A stretch of 17,492 bases of DNA from Sedimentisphaerales bacterium. Lineage in GTDB: Bacteria; Planctomycetota; Phycisphaerae; Sedimentisphaerales; SM23-30. Below the pieces are notes generated by a model. The model did not search any database. It was not told the DNA's origin and was given only the letters and a program-made list of their open reading frames with translations. The DNA is taken from the NCBI GenBank assembly GCA_963663805.2, contig CAXXMR010000032.1:1-17492 (forward strand), given 5' to 3'. Positions 16,973 through 17,492 of this stretch are shown piece by piece (position 1 is the first letter of the stretch; each line of letters starts with the position of its first letter). Position numbers and translations under genes: made by a program.

Positions 16973-17492
16973 TTGGCCGGCAAACTGGAATGTCTAAAAT
17001 GTGATGGTGAACTGTATTTCAGCGCTGAACTCCCGGATCTGGGTATTTGTCAAAATTGCCGAACCCATCATGAAGTTGCACTGTTTCCCGCATATTTCAA
17101 TAAGCCGCGACTACCTGAGACCGGCCAGAGGCTGGTGGTGGATAATCAGTCCAGCTGTTTCAATCACCCCTCAAAAAAAGCTGAGGTCGTCTGCCAAGAC
17201 TGCGGGCGGTTTTTGTGCACCCTTTGCGCGACTGAATTTAATGGCCGCCAGGTGTGCCTGCAATGCCTGAGCAACCCTGAACCAGGTACAAAAAATGAAC
17301 TGCTTCAAACCAGGCGTGTGCTTTATGATGATGTTGCCTTGGGTCTGGCGATAGGGTCGATCTTTTTATGGTTTGCGGCAATAATAATGGCCCCGGCAGC
17401 GATGTACCTGGTCATCAAGCACTGGCGTGAGGGACCGACCAGCCCGTTGAGGCAGGACAGGACACGCTATGTAATTGCTTTTATAATTTCGC
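16973..17492 (+). CDS. B-box-like zinc-finger membrane protein, partial (runs off the right edge)
   Basis: Not in the ORF track. Open from TTG 16973 (AAGGA upstream): MAGKLECLKC...CQNC...CFNHPSKKAEVVCQDCGRFLCTLC...VCLQC...YDDVALGLAIGSIFLWFAAIIMAPAAMYLVIKHW. Confidence 0.85.
   Translation, partial: MAGKLECLKCDGELYFSAELPDLGICQNCRTHHEVALFPAYFNKPRLPETGQRLVVDNQSSCFNHPSKKAEVVCQDCGRFLCTLCATEFNGRQVCLQCLSNPEPGTKNELLQTRRVLYDDVALGLAIGSIFLWFAAIIMAPAAMYLVIKHWREGPTSPLRQDRTRYVIAFIIS

Noticed and set aside
17001..17270. Listed 89-aa ORF
   Set aside because: It overlaps, in another frame, the better supported zinc-finger gene starting at 16973.
1..17492. CRISPR array, tRNA, rRNA or reverse-transcriptase-linked element
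   Set aside because: No regularly spaced direct repeats, cloverleaf, rRNA-like sequence or reverse transcriptase motif was seen.

Overview
Accessory, mobile-element-rich region of a bacterium, probably a planctomycete of the Phycisphaerae type (inferred from the DUF1559-type prepilin-motif gene, the PEP-CTERM protein and the dockerin-like tails). Left (1-4450, minus strand): a prepilin-motif/DUF1559-like gene followed by two paralogous secreted Gly-rich repeat proteins, each with an apparent 1-nt frameshift. Middle (about 4476-15900): a nest of mobile DNA. It contains an integrase-core remnant and an HTH/small ORF/large serine recombinase (LSR) operon whose LSR has a nonsense codon and is truncated. 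It also contains two divergent, converging copies of a DUF2924 / LSR / small HTH-like protein module. These copies enclose a lipoprotein, a PEP-CTERM zinc metalloprotease, a transposase-like remnant and a complete IS630 element. Right (16209-end): a GYF_2-RDD gene with an internal stop and a B-box-like zinc-finger membrane protein. The most notable points are the twin recombinase modules, a probable programmed -1 frameshift in the HTH operon, a hidden deletion junction at about 7048, and IS630 flanks that do not rejoin. No rRNA, tRNA or CRISPR array was seen.
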